A stretch of DNA of 64,000 nt from Trichoplax adhaerens (lineage: Eukaryota > Animalia > Placozoa): contig NW_002060948.1 in the NCBI RefSeq assembly GCF_000150275.1, positions 4,228,759 through 4,292,758 on the forward strand. Reading direction: 5' to 3'. Position 1 is the first letter of the stretch. Each line of letters opens with the position of its first letter. Shown in pieces: positions 13,285 through 27,032 of this stretch. A model generated the notes under the pieces. The model saw only the letters and a program-made list of their open reading frames with translations. It made no database searches and had not been told where the DNA came from. Position numbers and translations under genes: made by a program.

Positions 13285-14835
13285 ACTCACAATATGCGTA
13301 TGCATTTATTTTAAACAGTTATTATTAGGCTGAGGGTAAATGAATGTTGTATGACGCTTAATTGCCTTTAAAATATCCAATATACATTGGACAGCATTAT
13401 ATTGCTTTAAATAAAAGTGCTGCTGCAATAATTTTGATATTTTGAAATATTTATGAACTAACTACTATATATCCATGTTTTATATCCATAAATCTGAAAA
13501 TTACAGTACATAGTGCGAATATGTCCTGTCAAAATTATTATTGATCACATTTTTCAACTTCTTGCAGATCACTAAATTATGTGAAAGCTATACTTATTAA
13601 ATTCAGTTGTATCTATACAGTTATAGTTATTTTCTCGAAATAAGATAATAGCAGACAGAAAAAATACTTTATCTCATAAATTATCTGACAGGATTGGCTA
13701 ATTGATTAATCATTATTGCGTTCTGTCGTATCAGCATTGTTGTTAAAAACATTGTATTTTTTTAATTAATTAATATGTGATTATATCGATTGATTAGCTC
13801 GTGTTTTTAAGATTAGATTCCTTCATTAATGCGCTGTGATAACGGATAAATTATATAGTATATAACATATATACGAATATCTGAAAGATTAGGATTTAAA
13901 TTTAATTGATGGACGATTCTCTTCATACAAAATCTTTTTCCACACGAGACTATGAAAGAAATTAGCATCACATTGCTAACAGTATATATATAACATATAG
14001 ACCTTTTAAATTCTAGACGATTTTGTCCTCTCTTGCTATTTGTACTATATACTATTTAAAAGTAAAAGGTATTTATAAATTTAATTGGGTAAATTTATAA
14101 AAATATGTTTGCTACAAGTAGAATATTAATTACTTGTATAATTAGTTTATTAATTGCTAATTTATATTAATATTTTTAAGTTACTTAAAAGAGAATAAAA
14201 TAAATTGGATCAAGTAGATAATATTAAAAACTGAGTAATTTTAATAATTTGAGACGATTAATAAGCAGTATAGACCAAAATGTTTAGGAAATTTCAAAGC
14301 TTTATTTAGATAATATGTTGAACAAAGTTGAAAATAACAGCATCATTCACAAATATTATGTTAACAAAATAGGATTACATTTCTACATATGAAATAGAAG
14401 CTTAGAACGCGGAAAATAAACACTTAGGACACAACTACCAACGTAAGTTTAAAATTTCGCACATAAGTGTTATTAAATTCTATGTGTTTTGTGGGGCTCT
14501 GCGACAAGGTAATAATGTTTCCGCAATACTTATGGACATGAAATATGCACTAAGAAAGCGACTAAAATTGAATCCAGTTACTATATTACTAGAAATTTCG
14601 AAAGGTAATCGTAAAATTATTTCCAACACTTATACAAGTGAAATATGAGAGAATATTTCTCTGCAACAATTCTAATTCGAGTTTGCAAAATACTATAGGT
14701 ATTTAGTGCAGTAAATATATACACTTTCGCGTATATTTGCGCTAGCCTGGAAAGGAATAGTCAGTTTACTATTATTAAATTATTACCATATAGCCATATC
14801 CACTACGGTTAGTTCTTCAATTGCAAGCAATCATT

Positions 14836-15972
14836 CTATGCATTTAATAAACTGATTGATGCTTTATCGTGTGACACATACTTAATATTAGTATTTGTTG
14901 TCGATGCTGTGCGCGTCATAATTATAATTTGATTTTTAGAACTGTAGGTTCTTCTCATTAGTAATGGGAGGCTGGCATGCCATGGACACCGTAGTATGGC
15001 TAGCATATCATGACGGAGGCTTTTATTGAATATCAGATATAAAGGCGGATAGATAAATGCAGTTAACATGATGGGTACACTTGCAAATCCTGCTATGCTT
15101 GCTTCAAGAATCTTACCACTAGCGCGCAATGAAACAAAAGTGTCTCCAGTATAAACTAATCCTAGCGATGATACCCAGTAAGGCCAAGTAACAATAATGA
15201 AGATAGCAGTAACCGCAATAATTAGTCTTATGGCTGAATGCTTTGATTCATTATGGTTTCGCAATTGCTCTTTGTTATTAATTCCTGGACGTGATAAATG
15301 TCGTAGTCGATGGATTAATTTGCTGTAGCATATCAATATGACAATAACAGGTATAACATAAAATGCTAAAGTTAAAAATGTATAGATCGCTTGCGTACCA
15401 GCTAAACCAACATTATACGATACATCACAGGTAAACGGAAAATTAGGATCAACTCCTGTTGTTAAAGCTAATAGCATACCTACTAAAATACCTAGTAGCC
15501 AGGAAGTGATGAGGTAGTAAACAATTCTTCTCTTACTGCGGCATTCACTCGATAATGGCGAGATGATTTTGTAATAACGATCGTAACTAATAAATGTTAA
15601 CGTTATAATCGATGTACCGTAATTCATACCAATTAAGAAAAATGAAATATAACAATTAACAACCATAACCATTAAAATCGGAGAAGTTGTGATATACATC
15701 AGCTGCAGCACACCGTAAAAGAATAACGAAATGCTATACATAAGATCAGCAACAGCTAAATTTCCCATTAATATGAATGATGCAACATGCATTCGTTTCG
15801 TTAGCCATACTGTAATGATAACCCAAGTTTGAAATAGCACACCAATACACCCTACAATAATACCTAATATTGCAAAAAGTGAATAAGACTGCAAGATATC
15901 TCGTAATGTTACGCTTGCGTTTGAATGCTGTGAAATATTTTCATTCGATTGATAAGGCAGTTTAGTAGTCAT
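14836..15972 (-). CDS. Class A (rhodopsin-like) GPCR, intronless, paralogue of 6033-7163
   Basis: 378 aa with NLAVAD, SYDRY and TWPY. Shares long near-identical blocks with the first GPCR (KRMHVASFIL, FPFTCD, SLRASGKI, VPIMLTAFI). TM7 reads YPPLY. Confidence 0.95.
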   Translation of the reverse strand: MTTKLPYQSNENISQHSNASVTLRDILQSYSLFAILGIIVGCIGVLFQTWVIITVWLTKRMHVASFILMGNLAVADLMYSISLFFYGVLQLMYITTSPILMVMVVNCYISFFLIGMNYGTSIITLTFISYDRYYKIISPLSSECRSKRRIVYYLITSWLLGILVGMLLALTTGVDPNFPFTCDVSYNVGLAGTQAIYTFLTLAFYVIPVIVILICYSKLIHRLRHLSRPGINNKEQLRNHNESKHSAIRLIIAVTAIFIIVTWPYWVSSLGLVYTGDTFVSLRASGKILEASIAGFASVPIMLTAFIYPPLYLIFNKSLRHDMLAILRCPWHASLPLLMRRTYSSKNQIIIMTRTASTTNTNIKYVSHDKASISLLNA

Positions 15973-18900
15973 TTTTATAATTATAAAATGGCTCTCGCTA
16001 TGGAGACAATATGCTATTTTTTTCTGAAAAAATTATTCTAAATGCCGAAATAAAATTGAAAAATTGATATTTATAGATGAGCTTGCCTAATTATTATTAA
16101 ATATAACTATGAAATCTCTAACCCTATACGGAAATATCATAGTTATTAATTATATTGCAGTTCCTGTCATTGTTTCATAATAGAAAAAAGACGGCTATTG
16201 TTCATTGATCTAATTACTTGATCATTATTAATTTATTATCGCTACGAATTCTGGTTATTATTTGAATATGTACAGAAATAAATATATTAGTGATGTGTAC
16301 GGATACCTCAAGTCGAATTTTGTAACGAAGAATTTAAAACTGCCACTAGGAACTATGAGTCTACCACCAGATTTGGCCTCCCAGACATCTGCTCGCGTTA
16401 TGGCTATACATACTAATGATTTCTCATTATCAGGAGCGTATAGTAAGTACATATTTCACTTCTAATACAAAATCGGAACTTATGCTTTATTAGAAAGTAG
16501 TTAATTTATAGTGCTGTTTTAGTAACATTAGTTATCAGTGCATAAATAAAGTAAATTATGAATGTTACTACATGTAACGATATTATCAACTAATGACAAG
16601 GTGTATTATCGAACGAAAATCCGATATGTATTTGTTTACAAAAGCCACTACATGACATGGGATTATTTTATGAGCGTGATATTATTTTTAAGTTAATATG
16701 CAAGTAAATCGCCATTTTTATAATTTGATATCGATCTCAGCAGTGACTGTTTTTATCTTAAAGTTACGGTACTTATCAAGCTGTGTGATTGGCTTTCATA
16801 ATTGGTTCAGTGAATTAAGAGCCACGAAAATTATGTAACTGACCAATTTCCAGAAGTAAACTATGTAATATCTATAGATATAATTATATGTTGAATCCGT
16901 GCGAGTGCATATCTTTATTGTTGTTCGCATATGAAAAAACGAATCAATGTTTTCACAATGATATTTTGTCCCGTATTTTTTTACTTTTCTCATCAGTAGA
17001 CTTCCTAATAGTTTTGAGGTAGCAATAAAGCAATAGAAAATACAGATGTAATTCTTTAGTGAGTGTATGTTATCACTGCAATTGCCACATATATTTTAAA
17101 TATTGAATTTGATATTTTACAATTTTATTTACCGCTGTTGAGTTCTAATAATTATATAGACCATTATGTAATTTACATTTATAAAGATATTACGTAAATA
17201 AGTAGACCATTATTATTATTGGCATCCGTAGTAAATATTTGAAAAGTTGATTTGTTAGGCATGAAAATGCAGCTACTAATTTTAAAAGAATAGGAAAAAA
17301 TATACGTTTAGACATTAAATTTAGACAGATAGCTTATTTCTATCACAGAAAATTCGTTTACGTTATAACCAATTTTTCATCGTTTTGACTAGATTATTTG
17401 TTATAGCGCATATCCAACTGTAATTAGATGCGCAAATTTTGCTAAATTCTCTTCTTATTCGAAGTGAAATCCTAGTGATATAATTTACTACGCTTTAATT
17501 TTTCCAAAAAATGATCAAAGAATAGTGTGAATAAACAAAAAATAAGAATGATGAGAATTTGCTAACGTGCATGACTGCATATATAATATGATTATATGTC
17601 AACTATCGGAATATCTTAATTGCCATTGACATGACTAAAAATTTAATGCTTAAGAATTTAAGATCGGGAGAGGATTATTTCCTACAACTTTATACCTATA
17701 GTGTAAGTATTTGACTTGATAAAATAGTTTTAAAGATAAGAACGAGATGAAGAACTGGTAGAAAGTTGACTATGAAATTAATATTACAGTACCGGGAATT
17801 TAATTTTTTAATTTTTAATTTTAATATTTGAACCTTTGGTTTATTTTAATTATTTGCTAAAAAGATTTAATCTTGGGTTGCTATTAGCAAAGTGGTGCAA
17901 AACTGCTATCTTTGTCAATATTAGTCTTTAGATAAGCTATGAAAGGATAATACTTACTATGAAATTATGAAAGCTAGCTTTATGCGGCCATTGCCTGAAG
18001 TTTACTTAATCCGAAAATAAAAGGATTCGTTGTTTGAAATATTGCTGTATTGCTATTTGTTATTGTATTAGCAGAAGGTAGATTAAAAAATATTGTACTA
18101 TTCATTGAGGCCTTAGCACTATAATCGCACCATTATTATTTTTTTAAATAATGAAGCTGCTAGTAACGATTAATAATAAATTTAGCATTATTCCCTTCCT
18201 ATTTAATAGATAAAATAATTTTTATATTCTAACTGGGATTTACCCCTCTGATTTTGAACTTAAAATTTGCAATTTCGTTTCACCATATCTACGTTTATCA
18301 GCTGAATAGTAGTTTTTGTTTAGTTACTGCAAAAACAAATAAGAACATATCAGCAAATTTTGTATTCTAGGGTATTTGCAGTGCTCTGTTTGCGGTAATA
18401 GTTTTTCAAATCAGATGAAAATAGATTATCATTTTCTGAAATTTTATAATTATCAAAAAGACCAGCATTATTTGATTTTGTTTATTTTAATATCTTCCGA
18501 TTTGATAAAAAATTAAATAATATTTAAAACTTGCTATACAATATAAATATTGGAGCATGTGGGATATCCGCTTAATATTTGTATCACGTAGAATATCTAT
18601 TAATCATTCTTTGTTGCTATATAAAATGTTCTGATGCAATATTTGCTTTCAGCTCCTCAATGTCAATTATAGTGTCTAAATATTTCGTTGCCATAGCAGA
18701 ACAACTAGGACAGGATATAACTAGAATCAAAATTCAATTATACTTTTATAAAATGCTCTAATTTGATTATAGCAATTATGGCTATTTCCTCATTATCGCG
18801 GAAATTCGTCATTGGTCGGAGTTTAGTCTGAGTGAAAGGTTTTCATCAACGGCCTTAATCATGTATAATTTGCTTAAAATAGAAGCTAAAGAATATCGAT

Positions 18901-21900
18901 ATGCTTAGACTATTGATTAAAATTAACTAAAAATTCAAAGAATATCTTTGCCTTACTCAAGTCTCGAATATCACTAAGAGTATTGCAGGCGAATTTTCTC
19001 AGAGGCAGTTGATTTTTATGGCCATAAACCCACATCCTATGAGTTTGTAAATGAAATTAGATTAAAATTAAAAATTAAAGATTGCTAGTAGAGTTTATTG
19101 AAATAATTTCTATCAACAGAAGATCCGTAGAATACTAATTTTATTTTATTGACTTAAGATAGTGAATGCAACCGCTACAATAGAATTGATATCCTTATAT
19201 TCCGAGAAATTCGAGTATTTGAAAGCGGAACGTTTTTACCTCGTTATTGTTACCATAGGGTACCTCATTAGCTTAGGTGACTATAAAGCTTAAAAGTAAA
19301 GAATAGGTTGAACGGCAAATGTGATAACTCCTATGCTTGTTCAATAATTAACTAATGTATCCTATCCACGTAGGACTAAGAAACATCAAATAAATAATTC
19401 ATCAATATATTTTTCGGAAATTACCTTAAAAAGAAAAAGCGTTATAAATATATTTTTCAGTGTTAATAATTTTAATCTGGCGTTCTCGATATTTTTATTC
19501 CTCGGAAACATCATGAATGGTAATTGCATCAAGGCATGTTTTATTTTGTAACCTAGCTAACTATTCAGCGTGATAGTAATCAATATCTAAGGTAATTATG
19601 TAGCGCTATTAAGAATGCAAAGGGTAACCTAAACGTAAGCTGTGATTGTCATCCATTCCAAAATTTAGAGAATAATTATTGTGTATGCAGAGTTATTATG
19701 GTCTATCTAATAATGCCAAATGGCAATCTGTATGTACATACGTGAATATTATGTTTGATCTATTAGATCATAACACTATTATTACATAAATGATTACGAA
19801 AGTTCAACGAGCAATTCTGAGTACAATTAAGGTGTACATGATTGTTTTAATGCAACTGAAAATGTAAGTAAAATTAATGTTTAGTTGGCATACCACTATA
19901 AAGAATTGTAATATAACAAATATACTAGTAGACGCGATTATTGTAGCTTTGCTAAAATATCAATGTAAAATTCGTTTCTTCGTAATTGTATACCGTATTA
20001 AGGGAATTGATAGCCATGGCTTTATCAATTAAATACCATTATTCATAAGAAAAGGCCCTCTAAAATACCTTTTGCGATGACGTTTAAGATATCATCGAAG
20101 TGTAGTAAGCCGAAATAGTGCCATGTTCCACAAAAACTTTGTTGTATGATATACATTGGCAGTTATTATATTACTTTAATTGTAATAAGAGTTAGCAATA
20201 AACTTTGAATGGTTCTGTGATGTATTTCGCTTATAACGAGTTGCATAAATGTTCGTTGGTCCGATTTGGAAGTAGGTGAAATTTTTAATCACCATTAAAT
20301 TTAAAGATTTTAATCTACCATAATATACTTTATTAACTACTCGATCAAAATGAAATGTCTTATACGTAAAAATAACTCTTTTTAAAATATTGTGAGATTT
20401 GTTCGATAATGCACAGTTTATTTCTGTGATGATATGCGTTCAGAAGGGCCCAACTTGAAAGAAATTATTTTACTTACTGGAGTTCAGCTAAATAGCTAAA
20501 GCATAGCAAATATCTAAATGGTTATTTTAGCTTGATTGAGAAATTAAAATTAGTCCTTACTGGTATGCTACAGTAGCCCAAGATATAATATCATTACAGT
20601 GAGAGTTACACAATTATGAGTTTCTATTATGTCTTTATCACTGTATACATCACCGTAAAAAGTAAATGACAAAAATTGGAGGTTAAGATTTATATAAGGA
20701 AATAGCTAATAATGACTTACATTAAAAACTACGGTGGTTGGTATTTTCTTGCAGTAAATTATGCTGTACTGTAGTGAAAGTTTTCATAAGGTAACTAATG
20801 TCAATTGATTATAGTCTTGTAATACTCATGATGAATATCCTTAAGATATTCAATTATAAAGGATATTATAAATAATTTTGTGTACAGACATACTATAATC
20901 TAATTATCTAGAATCGTTCAGTACATGTCTCGGATTATGAATAATTTCTGTATTGATTTATCTATCCAATATGAAGTAAATTTCATGAACCGTTATGATT
21001 CATACATGATAGCAGCTGCTGAAGGATATTTAAGCTCGGCAGATAATTGAATAAAGCAGAGTTTTGTAGTTGTTTAACGTAGCAGCAAAGACTTTTAAAT
21101 TCTTGTAAGATAGTAAAGGGATACTGAATCCCGGAGAGTACAGTAATTTAGAGATTTGTTTTACGTTAACTTTGTCACGAAGCTGGTTTGTGACAGTCCT
21201 CCAGTTTTGTGTCTCTAAATAGTTGTAGATGCCGCTACAAATCTAATTATTGAATGAATGTAGTAGTTATGGATCTACATTAATTATAAATTTTCAAGTA
21301 TGAAATGACGTACATGATCTAAACTGAAATCTGTAACAAAATGATTTAGTATTGTAAATTAACATTTTTACTTCCCAGTGAAAGTAACGAAGCTTGTGGG
21401 CTCTGGTTGCGGAAATCAACTACTTTAAACTAATTTAAACATTGATACTATATTTATTTCTATTCAGGTGTTATGCATAATCTTTACTTTTTTGCCTTGT
21501 CGTTAGCGAATAGGCCAATGAATGGCGGATTCAATAATCGTTAAATGGAATATTGCAGAGGAGTTCAAATTCGTTTTAAGGTCAAAGAATTTCATCGACG
21601 ATAGCTATCCACCGTTCCATTCCAGGATTTTGCTTATAATGCGAAGTAATACCGAATATTTTCATTATAACGTAAGCTGAAAAATTACTATGGTCACTAG
21701 ATAGGGTTTCTTATGCTTGTTGCAACGCTTAATAATCATCTTGCAAATTGAATATTAGAGTGCTTCATCGATTACTTTTAAGAATTACAATATGTGATAA
21801 GTTTATCTGTGTTAAGGCAAACTTTTTCATGCTCGCGGGTTTAGAATTGTCGTTTCCTGTAATATGAATGATGTTTATGGGTAATACTAATACGCAGCAT

Positions 21901-22831
21901 ACATTTAGTGCTTGCTTATTAAATTTTTATGCCGTTTTCTTTTTGAACCGTGAAATGGCTCTTAGCAAATCGGTTCTATTAAAAAACTTCTAATGAGCTA
22001 AAGAGAACGCTACGTACATCATAAGTCATCGCTGTTGACGAGCATATTAAATATATTGCTATGGAATAGTATTTGTACGATTGTAATTTCTAACGTTTTA
22101 CTTTTAAAGGCTCCAATCGGCATAGCATACGAATATGCTAAGGCTGATGTCGTTTTCATGGCTATCCAGAATCTTTTCTGTAGATTTTGCTTTTGCAAAG
22201 TTAATAAGTAAACACTAGTTAAATGCAAAATATCGACCATTTACAATAATGATCTTGCAAGATTACTGTTCTAAGATAATCATTGGACCGTTACTGCACA
22301 ACGTTGCCTAGCGGGGTAAGCATAAACACTCCAGCTGCAAGATTTATGGATACTGCTATACCTATTCATAGTATAATCTGTCGTTTTTATCATATCCGAT
22401 TTGAAATAATTTTTCTTCTTCACGATAGTGTCATTATATAACTAGAATGCTCAAGATCTCAATTGTTTCTGCGATATCATCAATATGGCATTTAATTGCC
22501 CTATAATTAATAGATAACTTATGAAAAGCTGTCTGATATATATTTTAGAGCGAAAGATATCCTTTATTTATTGTAAGAGGAATCATGGAACATAGAAATT
22601 ATATGACAAAATATTTCATTGATAGAAATGTCGGAAATTTCTAATTATATTGAATAACGATTAGAAAAGATTTGTGCACTGGAATCATAGAGTTAGTGTT
22701 ATCAATATGGAATAGCTATAATACTGCTTTGCTGTATTATTTTCAAGAGTAACGCCTACAGGGCAAGAATATCAATTTCTTCACGTTAAATATCCGTAAA
22801 TAGTAAAGCAATCATGAGAAAATTGATAGAA

Positions 22832-24094
22832 TTAAGTATAATCTTGAACGCGTAGTAGGTCGTCCAGCTTTTGCCAATTTTTAGTTTTAAGTTGATAGAA
22901 GAATTCAGGCTGAAGAGCTCTATTTAAGGATTTAACCAAACGACTGGTATTAATTTTGGGTAAGCCACATTCAGCAAAGAAAAATTCCACATGTTCATTA
23001 GCTTTCGATGTGGTTAATCGTCTACCACGGCAATTTAAAAAGACGTAAGATTCATCTCCTTCAACTATTTTGGGTAAGCAACGCCTTACATAACGCCAAA
23101 AATTATAAAAGACCACTTTAGGATAGCCTGTTAAAGTAATATATATTGCGTTGTAGTCGTTAACATCGTGATCATATACCGTAATTGTGACTTCCTGATC
23201 TTGGTCTAGCCAATCGGTTTTAGCAGCTTCGATATCGTCAAAGGTCATATTACACAATGCAATCAATCTTGCTTTACACCAAATTAACACTTGAACAATC
23301 GTATAACGTAAAGCGAAAGTATAGCCTTGGTATTCAACAGACTGCCACCCTGGGGTAGGATTACATTTTAACGCCCATTTGGATATCATATCGTATCGTA
23401 GTCGATTATCACGACGATTAACTAGCTTAAATAGGGTAATTGGGTTCAAATAATAATCTCCTTTATCGGAAAGGCGAATTTCACGGCATCGCTTTTGCTT
23501 ATCGGATTTATAGGAATCTAATAAATTATTAACAATATCGTGTTCGCTTTGGTCTAATTGTTCAATCATTCCCATTTTAATGGCATATTCTCTTGCTCGT
23601 TTAAGACTGAAGACAATATTATAGATAGATGATGTAAAGAGCTTAACTTCATCTGTTAAGATACTTGCATATTTATTAATAAGCTGTGTATCTGCTAAAT
23701 ATTGCCAATTAAATTCTTGACCATTGGCACACCAATATAAGAAGCGATTGACAGAATTGGTTACTTTTTGACTATATGAGCGCTGCTTTCCATCAGCAAT
23801 GAGGTAATTAAAAAATTCATCCAACGATGAGCAATTATCATAGCGTTGATCAAGCCCAGAATCTTTTAAATTCTGATTCGCAACACTCCGACTTGGTCGA
23901 AAAGGAGTTCCTCGGACTTTATCTTGCCAATTACCAATTCTCATTTTATCTTTGATAGTCCGTTTTTCGCGAACAAATTCATTGTGATTTTGCAGTTGAT
24001 TCTCTTCGTCACTTTTATTATTTTTAACACAGTACTGGCTAGAAATGCTAGTGACTTGAATTGTGTCCGTCTCTAGCTTATTCTGCTGATTCAT
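22832..24094 (-). CDS. Tyrosine-recombinase/integrase-fold protein (Crypton-like), active site degenerate; main exon
   Basis: Core-binding-like helices (FFNYLIADGK...VNRFLYW; SSIYNIVFSLKRAREY). Box I-like KARLIALCNMTFDDI, then ITVYDH, YVFLNCRGRRL and box II-like INTSRLVKS. Confidence 0.75.
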   Translation of the reverse strand: MNQQNKLETDTIQVTSISSQYCVKNNKSDEENQLQNHNEFVREKRTIKDKMRIGNWQDKVRGTPFRPSRSVANQNLKDSGLDQRYDNCSSLDEFFNYLIADGKQRSYSQKVTNSVNRFLYWCANGQEFNWQYLADTQLINKYASILTDEVKLFTSSIYNIVFSLKRAREYAIKMGMIEQLDQSEHDIVNNLLDSYKSDKQKRCREIRLSDKGDYYLNPITLFKLVNRRDNRLRYDMISKWALKCNPTPGWQSVEYQGYTFALRYTIVQVLIWCKARLIALCNMTFDDIEAAKTDWLDQDQEVTITVYDHDVNDYNAIYITLTGYPKVVFYNFWRYVRRCLPKIVEGDESYVFLNCRGRRLTTSKANEHVEFFFAECGLPKINTSRLVKSLNRALQPEFFYQLKTKNWQKLDDLLRVQDYT

Positions 24095-24751
24095 GAAAAT
24101 AAAATAATGTTTTTTGCTTTAGTTAATCAACGTAGACATACCCTACACTATCATTATAAGGCATATATCAATTGTTTGATGTCTAAAAAGTGTAAAGAGA
24201 TCTTGAAGCAAGTTATTTGAGTTATAATGATACCAGATTGGTAGAAAATTTATGAAATTTAAATTCTTGATAAGAAAGACTAGGTTAGGATTCATGTGCA
24301 GGAATTCTGAATAATTGCAATAGCGGATGCTATTAGAAATCGATGCAATGTGTTGATGATATAATAAATATTCTATCAGTGGTCGAAGTTTGATCATCTA
24401 GATAATATTAACGCATTTCTGTCGTAGCAAGTTATTAATTCGTGATCTTTAGAATAACTCTGAAATAGTTCTTATTTAGAAAAGAATGTAATATAAGGTT
24501 AACTTCAGCAATTAGTTTGTAGTATTATAAATATTGATTGCTTTTCTACCAAAATTAACAAATTCGAAAGAGGCTGATGCTAGATCTACTTAGTTAAAGT
24601 AGTTTTGCGAAGTTGTATCAATAGATGATTACTCTAATATTATGAATATAGGAATGAGATTTTAAATTATTTTCTCATATGAATAACAATTAAATTGAGA
24701 GAAAGCTTAGATTGAGAAGAAAATGATGCTGATATTAAAGTATTAACAAAC

Positions 24752-25204
24752 CTTAAAATTAGGAACAACATCGAAAGATTCCTCAGTGACAGTTATGTCG
24801 CTGTCGTTATCATCTGCATCTTGACTTTGAACATTTCTACTTGAGCTAGATGAACAAAGCTCTAAAATTTGAATATATACAAGCTTTAATTACGCGCTTT
24901 ATACTTTATGAATAGAAAACTCTTTCTCATTTAAAAATAAGGATTATTACTACATCAATATGCTGCTTGATAAGTAATATGCCTTACTTTTGGTGGGTTG
25001 TAAATCCTTTATTAAGCAAGACTGCCTCTTCCCTAAGAAAGATTGTTCTCATTTTAGTGTAAGAAAATACTTCTTAAATTCGTTATCAATTTATGAAATT
25101 AGATTGATGGCACTCTAATTTATACTTAGCAGTATAGACTAACCTGAATACCATGAGCTTTCAAGCGTATCGTTACATTTTTCATTCCCTTCACTTTGGT
25201 CCAT
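24752..25204 (-). CDS. Three small upstream coding exons, probably the 5' end of the recombinase-fold gene
   Basis: GT-AG exons 25204-25144 (ATG, MDQSEGNEKC...), 25032-24988 and 24861-24752 join in phases 1,1 without stops. The last ends in phase 0, compatible with a CAG acceptor opening at 24085 in the frame of the 22832 ORF. Confidence 0.55.
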
Positions 25205-27032
25205 AACTTTTATAAACCTTATTAGATCAGCCAGGTAGTAATGTTGTCGGTAATAAGGCAATTAATTATATTAAAATTTTAATTTCATGTTGAGAATAAT
25301 TGTAATTAATCAGAGATTTCTAAGTACAAAAAATTCGTTACTAAGCATCTTAAACCCAAAAATGGCTAAATTTATTTTAAATATCGTAGTAATAATGTCT
25401 AATTCATATAAAATAGATACATGGTGTTATAAGCGTGGTAATCCATACCTACAATTACCGTTTCGATATTTTATTTGTAATCTGCTAGTAATTGTACGTT
25501 TGTATTAATATATAAGTGGCTGAAATTAGAAACGAAATGACTGAAATAGATATTTGATCAGCATATATAGGCGTAAATTATCGTGAACTGTAATGTCCTA
25601 ATAGCATTTTATGACTATTATCATGCTTAAAATTGAAAAAGTTCTTAAAAATTCTCATAGCTTAGCAACGCTAGGTATAGCATCTGTATATCAATATATA
25701 CGATATATAAGTATACCAGTGCCGTAAAGCGCGATGTAATTATGTATTGATATTTTTTAAATATTATTTTAAACGATATGCAGACTAGGACACCTCGATT
25801 GTGCATTGCTTGAGTTATGTTATTTATCTTGAGCTCTGTCTATCATTTTGATTACTGTATTACGGGCTCGATTAATAGTAAAAATTCCAGGTACTTTTGA
25901 CTCTCAGATACCAGATAGAAAGATGCGATCTCAAATGTTACAATATTTCTAGATCGATCTGGTACAATCGTATCTGTTGTCATGGTGACTCGTGATTAAA
26001 CTACTGAGTATATTGCAATAACGAGGACATCGATGCTACATTCAAAGCTCTTCTTGAAAGGAATACCTAAATTGCACATTTGATAATTAAGCTACAATTA
26101 GCCTTACTGTACGTGTAGCCTCCATCGATCGATTCATTTACGCCCGAGTAGTGTTAGATCGTAGCAAGTAAATACTTCTAAACTCTCAGATAACTGGAAC
26201 GAGACTAAGTAGTGTCTCCATAGTTACTCTACTTTATTAACTAGAGACCTGGACACAGCATAGAAACTAAGATTATCAAAGTGATGGTAGATTTATTGAA
26301 TACCTTTTGAAGAATTCAACTTAAATGCATTTATCATTAAATATCAACTAGCTCATTATTGTGTGTATCAGCTACAAATGATGGGTTGTAAAATGGAAGT
26401 ATATGATCTTAAACGGAGATTATCGTAATGAAGTATTAGCAAATTTGATATTATGTAACATTGATAGGAATAATATACGATACCATCCTCTATGTATTCG
26501 ATAAAATTTCGATGATTATACAAAATTTTAAACATTTGGAAAGTAGCGTTTACTGTATGTTGAAAAATTAGCTAAGTTATGAATTGTAAAATTATCGCGT
26601 TTATAATGCAAATATTAATGATCGAATTTCGATATTATCGATCGATACAATAATAAAGGTGAAATTGTAGTTATCGTATGATGTTAGGATTGTATTATTA
26701 TCGGTAAGCTCCTATAGTGTAAGAAAATATTCAGTAATATAATTCTAACTGTCAATTTTTCGCAATGCATAGAGTTTTATGAATATAAAATATTTATGTA
26801 AGTTATTTAAACTGATTGTATTAGTAGATATTAATGAATACTAATATTATAAGACGTTTATGATCATCACGTAGGCTCATATTTATTGTTGCGAACGAAT
26901 TAAATTTATTACTGGCTATATCTTGCGATAATAGGTAAAGATAAATTAAAAACTAGCGTCTGTTGCGGCTCATTAGTATTATTTACAGACAGCACTATTG
27001 GAGGTATAAATAATTGCCTATATATCGCACTA

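Noticed and set aside
16258-16465. Overlapping 64-67 aa ORFs on both strands
   Set aside because: No recognisable domain and no partner exons.
18579-18910. Possible death-domain-like remnant (FVAIAEQLGQD)
   Set aside because: Too short and interrupted to support.
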